Virus record (IMG/VR): IMGVR_UViG_3300030107_001340
Coordinates: 1 to 53,718 of that record
Direction: 5' to 3' (one strand)
DNA from: a virus
Lineage: Duplodnaviria > Caudoviricetes
DNA: 53,718 nucleotides
The notes below the pieces were generated by a model. That model saw only the letters and a list, made by a program, of their open reading frames with translations, was not told where the DNA came from and searched no databases. Shown piece after piece: positions 1 to 9,301 of this stretch; the first letter of the stretch is position 1, and every line of letters begins with the position of its first letter. Position numbers and translations under genes: made by a program.

Positions 1-51
1 TACGAGTACTTGTCTCTCATCCAGTTTTCAGCTTCTTCTTTTAGTTTGTTC
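1..51. repeat. 51-bp terminal direct repeat (copy 1), circular assembly overlap
   Basis: 1-51 is identical to 53668-53718; the MazG ORF reads through the junction (ATG at 53..51 gives MNKLKEEAENW-MRDKYSY). Confidence 0.95.
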
Positions 52-234
52 ATTCATAAGCCTTTTATAATTGTCGCTATACGCAACGTCATAACCACGC
101 TGCCACTCTTTGTGCTGCATGGTGTGTGGCTTCATGGGATTAGCCGCAATAAAAAAGTGATCTCTCTTTTGATCACAAACTTTGAATGCATCGTAGCCTT
201 TATGGTACGCTTTATCTAGTAACTTGTTAGCCAT
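28..234 (-). CDS. small protein, Rmf-like motif pattern
   Basis: LDKAYHKGYDAF...NPM...KEWQRGY resembles the A-x-x-x-GY-x-A...P...W-x-x-G-W/Y pattern of ribosome modulation factor; start taken at MANKLL. Confidence 0.5.
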   Translation of the reverse strand: MANKLLDKAYHKGYDAFKVCDQKRDHFFIAANPMKPHTMQHKEWQRGYDVAYSDNYKRLMNEQTKRRS

Positions 235-439
235 TATCTCCACCATCATCAAATAGTTTAAAGCTTACCTCTCTAATAATTGAACTAACAGTGTCAGGGA
301 AAAGTCCGGGCACTATAGCATGTATAATAGAAAAGACTATTGCAAATAATAAGTAAGGAATTAAACTAAGGGCAAACAAAAAATGTTTCCAATAAGACAT
401 TTTTACTTCATGTAAGTGTTCTTTAGTTCGCCCAAACAT
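227..439 (-). CDS. small membrane protein (DUF6356-like)
   Basis: HLHEVKMSYWKHFLFAL...HAIVPGLF; start taken at MFGRT, overlapping the nrdB stop. Confidence 0.55.
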   Translation of the reverse strand: MFGRTKEHLHEVKMSYWKHFLFALSLIPYLLFAIVFSIIHAIVPGLFPDTVSSIIREVSFKLFDDGGDNG

Positions 440-1394
440 CTGACCAATCTCCTTGTAATGCACCTTTAGCATAGTCTGTAGCCCTGTTCTCAAAGAAGTT
501 TGTATGAGTAGGGGCATTAATCATAGTTTCAACCCAAGGTAGTGGGTTAGTTTTTACTTTGAATATACCTTTCATTCCCATAGATATAAGCCTACGGTCT
601 GCTATATATCTAATATATTCCTTAACTTCTGACGGACTGAGGCCATCAATTGCCCCCATCTTAAACGCAAGATCGACAAATTTATCTTCCAATTCAACCA
701 TCTTAGTTGCCGTCTTATAGATTTCTGATTTGGTTTTATCATTCCATATCTCTATGTTTTCTTCTACATAAGTTCTAAATAATTTAATCATACCCTCTGT
801 ATGTTGTGTTTCATCTACGATAGACCATGTAACTATCTGTCCCATGCCCTTCATCTTACCGTGTCTAGGAAAATTAAGTAACATAATAAAGCTACTAAAC
901 AACGCCAAGCCTTCAGTAAAAGCTGATATAGCTGCTATCTGTAAAGGTATAGGCAGTTTACCTGATGTTACGTTTGCCTTAAAGAACTCATGTTTGTCTC
1001 TCATAGCTGCGTACTCATTAAACTCATTATATGTACTTTCTGGCATACCTAATGACTCAATAAGGTGTGAGTAAGCAGCAACATGTAAAGCCTCACGAGA
1101 AGCAAATGATAGTAGCATCATCCTTAATTCAGGTTGTGAAAAGTTAGGTAAATAATTACTCACATAACCACTTGCAACATCTATATCTGACTGTGTAAAA
1201 AAACGAAAAATGTTTGTAAGAAAGTATTTTTCTTCTGTAGATAGTTTATCTTTCCAATCCTTTACATCTTCAATCATTGGCACTTCGGTATGCAGCCAGT
1301 GTGATTGCTCATGTTTTTTCCATGCGTCATATGCCCAAGGATAATGAAAAGGTTTAAAATAATCTCTCTCATCTTGTAATTTTAAGTTACTCAT
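423..1394 (-). CDS. nrdB: class I ribonucleotide reductase beta subunit
   Basis: FFTQSDIDV, REALHVAAY, TEGLALFSSF, DETQH diiron motifs; C-terminal NFFENRATDY. Confidence 0.96.
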   Translation of the reverse strand: MSNLKLQDERDYFKPFHYPWAYDAWKKHEQSHWLHTEVPMIEDVKDWKDKLSTEEKYFLTNIFRFFTQSDIDVASGYVSNYLPNFSQPELRMMLLSFASREALHVAAYSHLIESLGMPESTYNEFNEYAAMRDKHEFFKANVTSGKLPIPLQIAAISAFTEGLALFSSFIMLLNFPRHGKMKGMGQIVTWSIVDETQHTEGMIKLFRTYVEENIEIWNDKTKSEIYKTATKMVELEDKFVDLAFKMGAIDGLSPSEVKEYIRYIADRRLISMGMKGIFKVKTNPLPWVETMINAPTHTNFFENRATDYAKGALQGDWSDVWAN

Positions 1395-1683
1395 GTTCTC
1401 CCCCTGCTCCTCTGCCTAAACCCCCTGTAAATATTTGTGGTTTATCTTTTGCTAACTTAAAAGTTATAGCAGTTATAAATAGACCTGCTATTAATAATAT
1501 ATGTGCTATTGCAGATATGCCAAATACAACAAAAGATCCAACATAAATACTAAATATAATACACCACATCCATGCTAAAACCTGCATTATCATATGTCTA
1601 ACTGACATACTTGGTATATTACTTAGTGGGTTGTATCTATTGTCCATTATAGATGCCCAACAACTTCCTATGTACTTAATCAT
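1387..1683 (-). CDS. hypothetical membrane protein
   Basis: ORF with two hydrophobic segments; YNPLSNIP...RHMIMQVLAWMWC. Confidence 0.7.
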   Translation of the reverse strand: MIKYIGSCWASIMDNRYNPLSNIPSMSVRHMIMQVLAWMWCIIFSIYVGSFVVFGISAIAHILLIAGLFITAITFKLAKDKPQIFTGGLGRGAGGEHE

Positions 1684-1686
1684 TTA

Positions 1687-2187
1687 TTACCACCCGGATA
1701 CTTTGTGTAAGTTATCTGGCACTGTTAGTTTATCTATAGGCTTGTTGTAACAATCTGCTTTTACTGTATAATTGTTATCTGGATCTACTTCACCCTTCTT
1801 CAAGAACTTACATGTTTCTTTGTAAACAGTGGGAGTATCATATCCTAAGATCCACCCAACACTCTGATCCTCTAGAACCCTACAGAAAACATAGTAATCA
1901 CAAGATTGTTTTGTATTAAACCTAGCAATAGAAACTTCGTAATAGTCTTTGGGAGTCACTGTAGTTTTCTTTGTTTTTACTTCTAGTAATACACCATTAG
2001 GTGACATCAAGTCGTGTTGATATGAGTTATCTAACTTACAGTCAAAATAATCCGCAACCATTACTTCACCAAGAAAACCTATGACATTCCCCTTTCCTCG
2101 TGTAATTGAATTGTTTAGTACACCCAGTTCCTTTGCTTTTGCATGAGCATAAGAACGCATCTTATCTGTAATAGGTACTTCAATCAT
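1687..2187 (-). CDS. putative PD-(D/E)xK endonuclease-like protein
   Basis: GFLGE...HDL...EVKT motif spacing; lies between nrdA and nrdB. Confidence 0.55.
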   Translation of the reverse strand: MIEVPITDKMRSYAHAKAKELGVLNNSITRGKGNVIGFLGEVMVADYFDCKLDNSYQHDLMSPNGVLLEVKTKKTTVTPKDYYEVSIARFNTKQSCDYYVFCRVLEDQSVGWILGYDTPTVYKETCKFLKKGEVDPDNNYTVKADCYNKPIDKLTVPDNLHKVSGW

Positions 2188-2193
2188 ATTGAT

Positions 2194-3981
2194 CTATCCT
2201 TCACAAGCTAAACATTCTTCACCAGAAGCAAGTGCTTCCATACTAAGTTCATCTATAATCTGCCTCTCAATCTTACGACTTACCTTATCGGCCTTACCAA
2301 TCTTTTCTGATCTACAGTAGTACATTGTCTTCAAACCTTTCTTCCATGCCATAAAGTGTACAGCATGTAGATACTTGATGTCAACATCAGGTCTGAAGAA
2401 AACATTGAGAGATTGTGACTGATCTATATACTGCTGCCTATCCGCTGCATGTTCAATCACCCACCGTTGATCTATCTCCATAGCAGTCTTGAACACTTCT
2501 TTTTCATTTGGCTCAAGACAACGTAAGTGCTGAACAGATCCATCATTAGCTATAACACTTGACCAAATACGATCATAATTTAGTTTGCTATCTTTCTCAC
2601 ACTTTTCTTTAATTAGTTTATCTAAGAACTTGTTTTTGTTTAGAAAGGAACCACTAAGCGTATCTTGGCGATAGGCATTGGCTCTCCAAGGTTCAATTGA
2701 TGGTGACGTATTTCCCATAATAATTGAACTTGAAGCATTGGGTGCAATTGCCATAACGTGACTGCAACGTAATCCTGTCCCTGTTGCGTCAGGTGCTTCT
2801 CCTCTAAGAACTGCCAAGCTTCTGTTAGCATGATTGAGTTCTTTTCGTATATGCTTAAACATTCGCATGTTGATTGACTTAGCCATTGCTGATTCAAATG
2901 GAATGTTCTTGCCTTGTAGATATGCATGAAATCCCAATGCTCCAACACCGACTGACCTTTCACGCATGGCGGAAAACTTAGCACGACTAATGCTATTGGG
3001 AGCATCTTGAATAAACGATTGAAGAACATTGTCTAGCATCTCTAATGTGTCTACAAGAAAATATTTATCTTTTGACCACTCATCATAATATTCTAAATTA
3101 ACAGAAGACAAACAGCAAACGGCAGTCCTGTCAAAAGATGTAGGAAGAATAATCTCTGAGCAAAGATTAGATTGATTTATCTTTAAACCTTGTTGTTTTA
3201 ACCATGATGGCATCTCAGCGTTAGACTTATCTACAAAATGTAAATAAGGCTCCCCTGTTTGCATACGCATTTCAAGTATGCGCTGCCATAATTCTTTGGC
3301 ACTTACTACATCACGTACTTTACTACTATGAGGATCAACCAGATCCCACGAGTCATCTGAGTATGGATTAACCATAGCGTGTTCTAGTATACCCATAAAC
3401 TCATCAGTGATGTTAATACCATGATGCATGTTTAAGCATCTAAAATTTTGATCCCCAGTAGGTTTCCGCATCTCCAGAAACAAAAGAATATCAGGATGGC
3501 TAATGTCAAGGTAAGCGGCATAGCTACCACGCCTAGTGCTGCCTTGCCTGTACGCCAAGCTAGATGCATCATAAATTTTAAGATGTGGCATAACTCCTGT
3601 AGACTTATCGTCACTAGACCTAATACCAAAGCCAATGCCAACACCACCGCCCAACATACTGAGCCAATTAGTTTCACTAAGATTATCAACTAAGCCCTTT
3701 GAACTATCATGTATATAATTAAGATAGCAAGAAATAGGAAGGCCACCCCGTGAACGCCCGTACGATAGAATAGGTGTTGAATAAGATAACCAGTGTTTTG
3801 AAGAATATTCATAAAGTCTTTGAGCATGTTCTTGATTAGAAGCAAAATGTTTGGAAACATAGGCAAACCTTTCTTGCGGAGACAACTCTCTTTCCATCAT
3901 GTATGATTCTTTAAGACGTGCTATACCTAGCTCGTCAAAAAGATCATCTCTCTCTGGTGAGATCGTTATATCATAGGTCAT
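2194..3981 (-). CDS. nrdA: class I ribonucleotide reductase alpha subunit (short, no ATP cone)
   Basis: PISCY, QSNLCSEI, VCCLSS, IAPNASSS, KTMYYCR, C-terminal CLACEG. Confidence 0.96.
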   Translation of the reverse strand: MTYDITISPERDDLFDELGIARLKESYMMERELSPQERFAYVSKHFASNQEHAQRLYEYSSKHWLSYSTPILSYGRSRGGLPISCYLNYIHDSSKGLVDNLSETNWLSMLGGGVGIGFGIRSSDDKSTGVMPHLKIYDASSLAYRQGSTRRGSYAAYLDISHPDILLFLEMRKPTGDQNFRCLNMHHGINITDEFMGILEHAMVNPYSDDSWDLVDPHSSKVRDVVSAKELWQRILEMRMQTGEPYLHFVDKSNAEMPSWLKQQGLKINQSNLCSEIILPTSFDRTAVCCLSSVNLEYYDEWSKDKYFLVDTLEMLDNVLQSFIQDAPNSISRAKFSAMRERSVGVGALGFHAYLQGKNIPFESAMAKSINMRMFKHIRKELNHANRSLAVLRGEAPDATGTGLRCSHVMAIAPNASSSIIMGNTSPSIEPWRANAYRQDTLSGSFLNKNKFLDKLIKEKCEKDSKLNYDRIWSSVIANDGSVQHLRCLEPNEKEVFKTAMEIDQRWVIEHAADRQQYIDQSQSLNVFFRPDVDIKYLHAVHFMAWKKGLKTMYYCRSEKIGKADKVSRKIERQIIDELSMEALASGEECLACEG

Positions 3982-3987
3982 TTATTC

Positions 3988-4146
3988 TTACTCCTGAAGA
4001 GATTTAATGTTTAAAATGTAAACGCCATCTATGTCATACAAGTATTCTTGTAAACTCTCTTTTATTTCTTCTGCTACATTCTGATCAGAGGGTACGCAAT
4101 ATGCATTAGGATCTATCTCAAGAGTTAAGAATATTTTAACTTTCAT
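3988..4146 (-). CDS. 52-aa hypothetical protein (not in ORF track)
   Basis: MKVKIFLTLEIDPNAYCVPSD...KSLQE*; fills the gap between DUF3310 and nrdA. Confidence 0.7.
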   Translation of the reverse strand: MKVKIFLTLEIDPNAYCVPSDQNVAEEIKESLQEYLYDIDGVYILNIKSLQE

Positions 4147-4397
4147 TTATATATCTCAATAAGTTTACTGAGATACCACTGTGCCTTTAACAAGTCCTCT
4201 TTCTTGTTCTTATATTCATATCTCCACATATATTTTAGAATGTTGCCTTGAAGATAGAACTTAAACCCATCTCCAAGAGCCGCTTCAATAGCAGTGATAC
4301 ATTCTATGCCATGTTTGTTATAATGTGGGGGATGGTCAACAGCAAGCATTTCACGTTTATGTTCTTCTTCTCGTATAATCTTGCCATAATCAGTCAT
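4143..4397 (-). CDS. DUF3310 / T7 gp1.7-like protein
   Basis: VDHPPHY...IECITAI...GNILKYMWR...EDLLKAQWYL. Confidence 0.88.
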   Translation of the reverse strand: MTDYGKIIREEEHKREMLAVDHPPHYNKHGIECITAIEAALGDGFKFYLQGNILKYMWRYEYKNKKEDLLKAQWYLSKLIEIYK

Positions 4398-4774
4398 TAT
4401 GCGTTTCCTTTAGTTTTAGTTCCAAAGTTTAAACGTATTATATTGTCACCCTCTGATGAGAACGAGCGAGGTTGTGTGTCTTCTACAATATTTTCTAAGT
4501 CTTGTCCATCTATATTTTGACTAACGTAATCAGAAACAAAGTTTCTAAAATCCTCATCTTCTTCCATCATAGGCACGGTAGAACAGAGCATTTTACAGAA
4601 ATGCATCATGTCACTATAACTTTCTTCGGTCATATTTACATTACTGCTATTAAGAATAGTAATGTTAACGTCACCTGTCCACGCACCCTCCTCTGTTTCG
4701 GGGCGTATTCTTATTATAAAATCATTAGGTTGAAAATCAAAAAGTTTTAAGTCTAGATCATCATTGTCATTCAT
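4397..4774 (-). CDS. acidic hypothetical protein
   Basis: 125-aa ORF coupled to both neighbours. Confidence 0.75.
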   Translation of the reverse strand: MNDNDDLDLKLFDFQPNDFIIRIRPETEEGAWTGDVNITILNSSNVNMTEESYSDMMHFCKMLCSTVPMMEEDEDFRNFVSDYVSQNIDGQDLENIVEDTQPRSFSSEGDNIIRLNFGTKTKGNA

Positions 4775-5232
4775 TCGTATCTCCTTTTAATTTTAGTCCC
4801 ACTAAACTTAATAAACTTTTGATGTTTGTTCTTACCTCTTTCAAGTAACCAATCTTCGGGAATAATTCTATCATAAAATCTAAAGCCATAACGATAGCAC
4901 CACTCACCATAGGTAGACTTGGCTCCTTTTCTTAACTTACGTCTACTGTTTTCAAAAACAAAACGTATGTCAAGTTTTGGATGTTGCTTCTGCACAGAAA
5001 GATGCTTACGTCTGTCAGCAGCAGTAAACATTCCTTTTGTTTCAATGATTATACCGTTGGGCAGCACAAAGTCTGGTGTGTAAGTTCTATAGGCAAGGTC
5101 TTCCCATTCAATCTTAACAGCTTCATAAAGATATTTAATATCTTTTTCTTTTAAAGCTTCTGCAACCTTATACTCTAGACCACTACGATATCCATACTTA
5201 CGTGCTGCCCGAAATTGTTTGTGATTTAGCAA
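4771..5232 (-). CDS. T7 gp3-like endonuclease I (Holliday junction resolvase)
   Basis: YRSGLE, YTPDF, IIETKG, DIRFVF motifs. Confidence 0.93.
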   Translation of the reverse strand: MLNHKQFRAARKYGYRSGLEYKVAEALKEKDIKYLYEAVKIEWEDLAYRTYTPDFVLPNGIIIETKGMFTAADRRKHLSVQKQHPKLDIRFVFENSRRKLRKGAKSTYGEWCYRYGFRFYDRIIPEDWLLERGKNKHQKFIKFSGTKIKRRYE

Positions 5233-5234
5233 AA

Positions 5235-5462
5235 CTAATTTAGGTTTCTCCAGTAATATTTATAACCCGGAATATTTAAAGAACCGTACCCCAGATCTCT
5301 ATATTCTTGACGCACACGTTCCTCTGCATCTCGCAGTGCCTCTCGTGCTGAATTTAAGTTGGCATATTTAAGTTCGTTGTATTGTTTCTTTAATTCACGG
5401 ATATGTTCTTCTGCTTGTTTAATCTCTTCAGCAAGAGCATCAAGAGAAATATTGTCAGACAT
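5235..5462 (-). CDS. coiled-coil hypothetical protein
   Basis: 75-aa ORF in operon, heptad-like EEIKQAEEHIRELKKQ. Confidence 0.7.
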   Translation of the reverse strand: MSDNISLDALAEEIKQAEEHIRELKKQYNELKYANLNSAREALRDAEERVRQEYRDLGYGSLNIPGYKYYWRNLN

Positions 5463-5467
5463 TTTTT

Positions 5468-6319
5468 CTACTCCTCGATATGTACATACTGAACAGTTCT
5501 AGGTTCCTTTGCTTTAGATACGACTGAGGGAACCTCTTTTAGATTAGGCCAGCAATCAAATCTGAAAGAACAAAACTTACAGTTACTATTCAGTATCTTA
5601 TTACCTGTCGGCTTTCCTCTAAATAATTCTAGTTCAGGCTCAAAGCAGCGTTCAAATTTATTTTGTTTAATTTTATTAGCTGCATTGTTTATATTGGAAA
5701 CCTCTTGATCAATGTCAATACCTTCAGCAGGTAAATATTTAAACTGGCCTGTAGCTTTATTAACTACCCACCATCCACCCGCTTCTTTACCAGAAGCTTT
5801 GGCATATCCTGCAAGTTGACCAACATAACCAAACCCATCATGTTCTTTTAAAGAACTATATGTTTTAAACTTATTATCGTAAGACCATTTAGATGCAGAT
5901 TTAATATCATCTACACGATCATTAATGACAATATCATAAGTCCCATTAATGTTAGTGTTTTCATCTAACTCTAATGTTACCTCCTTTGAATCTTCGTAAT
6001 CTACTTCTGCTTCTTTTAACAACCCTTTGAATACAGCTTCAACTATATCTCCAAGCATCATATTCATTACAAAGGTGTTGGGTGGGGGTAATGCCTTCTC
6101 TGGTTTATTTTTCTCGTACCACAGTTGACAAGTAGGGCGTCCAACATTGGACATTCTAAGTCTAAACTTATTCCTCTTATTCCCCCCACCAAACTGACGT
6201 TGCAATGCTTTGGACACATCAGTGGCTATTTGATTTATTGTGTCCTCTGACATGGTGGACTCACCCTTACAGGCTTTCTCCATGTATGCATGTAACGCCA
6301 GTTCAGCAGGATGGTGCAT
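5468..6319 (-). CDS. PD-(D/E)xK exonuclease (Cas4/RecB-like)
   Basis: RMSNVGRPTCQLWY, GTYD...DDIKS, YVGQLAGY, C-terminal CKFCSFRFDC. Confidence 0.85.
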   Translation of the reverse strand: MHHPAELALHAYMEKACKGESTMSEDTINQIATDVSKALQRQFGGGNKRNKFRLRMSNVGRPTCQLWYEKNKPEKALPPPNTFVMNMMLGDIVEAVFKGLLKEAEVDYEDSKEVTLELDENTNINGTYDIVINDRVDDIKSASKWSYDNKFKTYSSLKEHDGFGYVGQLAGYAKASGKEAGGWWVVNKATGQFKYLPAEGIDIDQEVSNINNAANKIKQNKFERCFEPELELFRGKPTGNKILNSNCKFCSFRFDCWPNLKEVPSVVSKAKEPRTVQYVHIEE

Positions 6320-7221
6320 TATGCAGTCTCCAAATCCACTTCAATATCTACAATCTCAGACGCATCGAATGGAGATTCCTCTTTATGCAAATGCTGCCTC
6401 TCATCCCACTCACCTAAAATATATTTATTGTAGTTTTCTACCCACGCCAAGAAGTCAGCAAACATATCGTGATCATTCTTGGTTATCTCAAGCTTGTTTG
6501 TAATATTGAGATTGGTGATAGGCACATAGAACACCTGACCCGAGGGAATAGTACGTGACTCTGTAGTAGAAGTAAACACATGCTGCAATGGCATGAGTTG
6601 CATCTTGGCAAGTTTATTAAACACACTGCTTACATTTTTAAATGCGTCACGATTATCTATTTCCCAAATGAATGGCGTTTCATCTACGTCTACTGACTCG
6701 CCACTCTCATCCACTGCATTAACTAATTTTACTGTACCAAACACAACCCTTGTTCTCCTGATTGATTTGATAAGATCTTTAGTTGAGTCAGGAAGATTAT
6801 TAAAGTCTTCAATCCAACCCGCTGGCTTACCACAATTGAAACCACCATCATTATCCTTCAGATCTATATTAAGATCATCCGCCATTACAGTTTTAATGAA
6901 ACGATTAGATGTATCACCTGTGCCTCTTACAAATCTCTTATACATAAACCTTGTAAGGTATGGTCTTACTTCTATAGATGCTCCATAGTAAGTAGCACCA
7001 TTGGGAATTTCTAACTTATAAGTTCCACCACTTACAACTTCAGCTTTTACTGTCTTACCATTTATCTCAGTCTCTCCCATGATAGGAGTATGACTAACTC
7101 TAAGTCTTGCCAGAGTGCTTGATGATTTCTTTTCGCCTCTAGCTTCATTAGCTATGCCCGACATCTTAGCCATAGCTGCATAGTTGTTTGTGTCAATCGT
7201 TGTTACTTCAGTGCTTTCCAT
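6319..7221 (-). CDS. putative ssDNA-binding protein
   Basis: Lies between polymerase and exonuclease and has an acidic C-terminal tail; function inferred from position. Confidence 0.55.
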   Translation of the reverse strand: MESTEVTTIDTNNYAAMAKMSGIANEARGEKKSSSTLARLRVSHTPIMGETEINGKTVKAEVVSGGTYKLEIPNGATYYGASIEVRPYLTRFMYKRFVRGTGDTSNRFIKTVMADDLNIDLKDNDGGFNCGKPAGWIEDFNNLPDSTKDLIKSIRRTRVVFGTVKLVNAVDESGESVDVDETPFIWEIDNRDAFKNVSSVFNKLAKMQLMPLQHVFTSTTESRTIPSGQVFYVPITNLNITNKLEITKNDHDMFADFLAWVENYNKYILGEWDERQHLHKEESPFDASEIVDIEVDLETA

Positions 7222-7261
7222 ATATGAACTCCTTATGCGTCAAAAAAGATGCATAGTTTTA

Positions 7262-9301
7262 TCACACCACGTCCTTTGTGTCAAGCCAATTCGGACCTAT
7301 CTTTGCTTCTAATTCTAAAGGAACATTAAAATTTATGCCCCATTTAGATGATATTAAATTAGTCAACTGTGAATTGGTCAGCTTAATCGCATAGATACAG
7401 TCTTGCTCTTCGTTAGGGTGTACGTCTATGACAATACTATCATGCACACTATTTACTATACATGATTGTCTATTGTCAAGAAGTTTTTCAATGTGCATCA
7501 ATGCTAGTGGCACTATATCTGCCGTTGCAAAAGATTGCACAGGATAATTCTTTATCTGTGTAAAGTGTGTTATCCTACCCGATTGCATCCTGACAACATC
7601 TGGAAATGAAAACTCTCTTCCTGATGGGGTTACAATTTTACCATTAGACATAACCTCATTTGCCAGTTTATCATGCCACTTGCGAATACCTTTATACTTA
7701 TCAGTAAAGTGATTGTAGTATATTGCTTCAGCTTTTGTCCTACCAAATCCTGTTGCTCCATATAAAGGTGCGAACGTATGTGCTTTAGCTTCTTGCCTAG
7801 TAATCGGCTGACCTGCATCACTGATTACCTTGGCCGTATAAGAATGAACATCAAAGCCTGTCGATACTTCTTCAATAGCTGTAGTATCTTGAGACAGGTA
7901 CGCAGCGGCACGAAACTCTAGCTGTGCAAAGTCAGCTTCCATTATCTTGCCACCATCGAACCTAGACACAAACACTTTCTTAACAGGGAACGTGCCACCT
8001 CTAGGCATGTTCTGCATGTTAGGATCTGCTCCACTGAAACGCCCTGTCGCTGTTCTGTGTTGTAATAGTTTGACGTGTAATCTGCCATCGGACTTTGTAT
8101 GCAAAGCAATACCGTCAACGAATGAAGACAGATAGGTATCAACAGCAGACAATCTTCTCACCTTAGACAAGAAGTCAGCAGCCTCATACATTTGCTTTGT
8201 CGTAGCTAACGATTCCAGTATCTGTAGATTACCTTTACTCGTTGTGAAACCATTTGCACTAGCCCACTTAGCATTGGGCGGTTTAAATTTAAGACCCGCA
8301 AGATGTATAGTATTAGTAAGAGTATAGCCAGCTTCGTTACATACCTTGCAGCGATTGGATCTTGCAAAAGGTGTTCCATCTTTCTTTGTCTTTCTAATCT
8401 TACCTGTACCATTGCATGTCTTGCACATGACAGCTTGTGTTTTGTACACACGCTCAGTACTAACGTCCATTGCGGTATTGAAACTGTCCTTATCCATATA
8501 AGGATCTATACGATTGGCCCAAGCTTTTTTGTCGATAGGTTTACGACTATAGATAACCCAAGACAATTGCTCTGGACTATTTAAATTGATAGGAGTATCC
8601 CCCATCAAGTGCCTGACATGATCATTCAAAGCTTTCTCTAAGTCTAGCTTCTCCTTCTCAAACTCCTGCCTGACCTCTTCAAGCTTGGCAACGTCAACTG
8701 CAAAACCTCTACTGTACATACGTGCCAGACATGCAGCAACTTCATTTGTCAGTAGAACTGTATTAAATAAACCGACATTCTCTGCATGATTTAACTTAAT
8801 ATATTGACTGTTACACAGTTGCTGTGTTGCCTGTAAGTCAGCAGATAGATACATCGACAACTCAGCATGAGGTATGTCTCTAACACTATAACCCTTAGAT
8901 AGATACTCTTTTAAAGTGTCTTGCTTCTGTGTGTCTAGCTCGTACTTCTTAGCAAGCTCTTCTAGTGACAATGGTTCCTTCTGACCACGTTGTAAGATGT
9001 ACTCAGCGAGCATGGTATCATACACAGGACCGTCATACTTAAATCCAGACTCCCATAACCATACTAAATCATAAGCAGCATTGTGCATAATAAGTATAGT
9101 AGCTTTGTCCAGATACTCTTGAAGACCATGAGATAACATGTCTGGTGTTTTTTCTGCATGGTCAAACGTAAATATCTTTTCTTCCCCAAAGTCAGTTAAG
9201 ATGCCCACCATCACCAGAGAATTATTCTCCTCGAATGGGTCAAAGTGCATCTTACCACCTCTGCTAGTGGTAGTATTTTCAACATCCAAAGTTATCTTCA
9301 T
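7262..9301 (-). CDS. polA: family A DNA polymerase with 3'-5' exonuclease and inserted DnaJ-type Cys motifs
   Basis: LDVEN exo I, HNAAYD, TATGRFS, DFAQLEFR (motif A), RQEAKAHTFAPLYG (motif B), VHDS (motif C); CKTCNGTG and CKVCNEAG insert. Confidence 0.96.
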   Translation of the reverse strand: MKITLDVENTTTSRGGKMHFDPFEENNSLVMVGILTDFGEEKIFTFDHAEKTPDMLSHGLQEYLDKATILIMHNAAYDLVWLWESGFKYDGPVYDTMLAEYILQRGQKEPLSLEELAKKYELDTQKQDTLKEYLSKGYSVRDIPHAELSMYLSADLQATQQLCNSQYIKLNHAENVGLFNTVLLTNEVAACLARMYSRGFAVDVAKLEEVRQEFEKEKLDLEKALNDHVRHLMGDTPINLNSPEQLSWVIYSRKPIDKKAWANRIDPYMDKDSFNTAMDVSTERVYKTQAVMCKTCNGTGKIRKTKKDGTPFARSNRCKVCNEAGYTLTNTIHLAGLKFKPPNAKWASANGFTTSKGNLQILESLATTKQMYEAADFLSKVRRLSAVDTYLSSFVDGIALHTKSDGRLHVKLLQHRTATGRFSGADPNMQNMPRGGTFPVKKVFVSRFDGGKIMEADFAQLEFRAAAYLSQDTTAIEEVSTGFDVHSYTAKVISDAGQPITRQEAKAHTFAPLYGATGFGRTKAEAIYYNHFTDKYKGIRKWHDKLANEVMSNGKIVTPSGREFSFPDVVRMQSGRITHFTQIKNYPVQSFATADIVPLALMHIEKLLDNRQSCIVNSVHDSIVIDVHPNEEQDCIYAIKLTNSQLTNLISSKWGINFNVPLELEAKIGPNWLDTKDVV

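Noticed and set aside
1-51. Biological terminal repeat of the virion DNA
   Set aside because: Falls inside coding sequence and has a k-mer-like length; most likely assembly overlap
6138-6153. CGTCCAACATTGGACA, near-copy of the 16-bp repeat inside the exonuclease gene
   Set aside because: Two mismatches including the core, mid-gene, and explained by the RMSNVGRP coding motif; not counted
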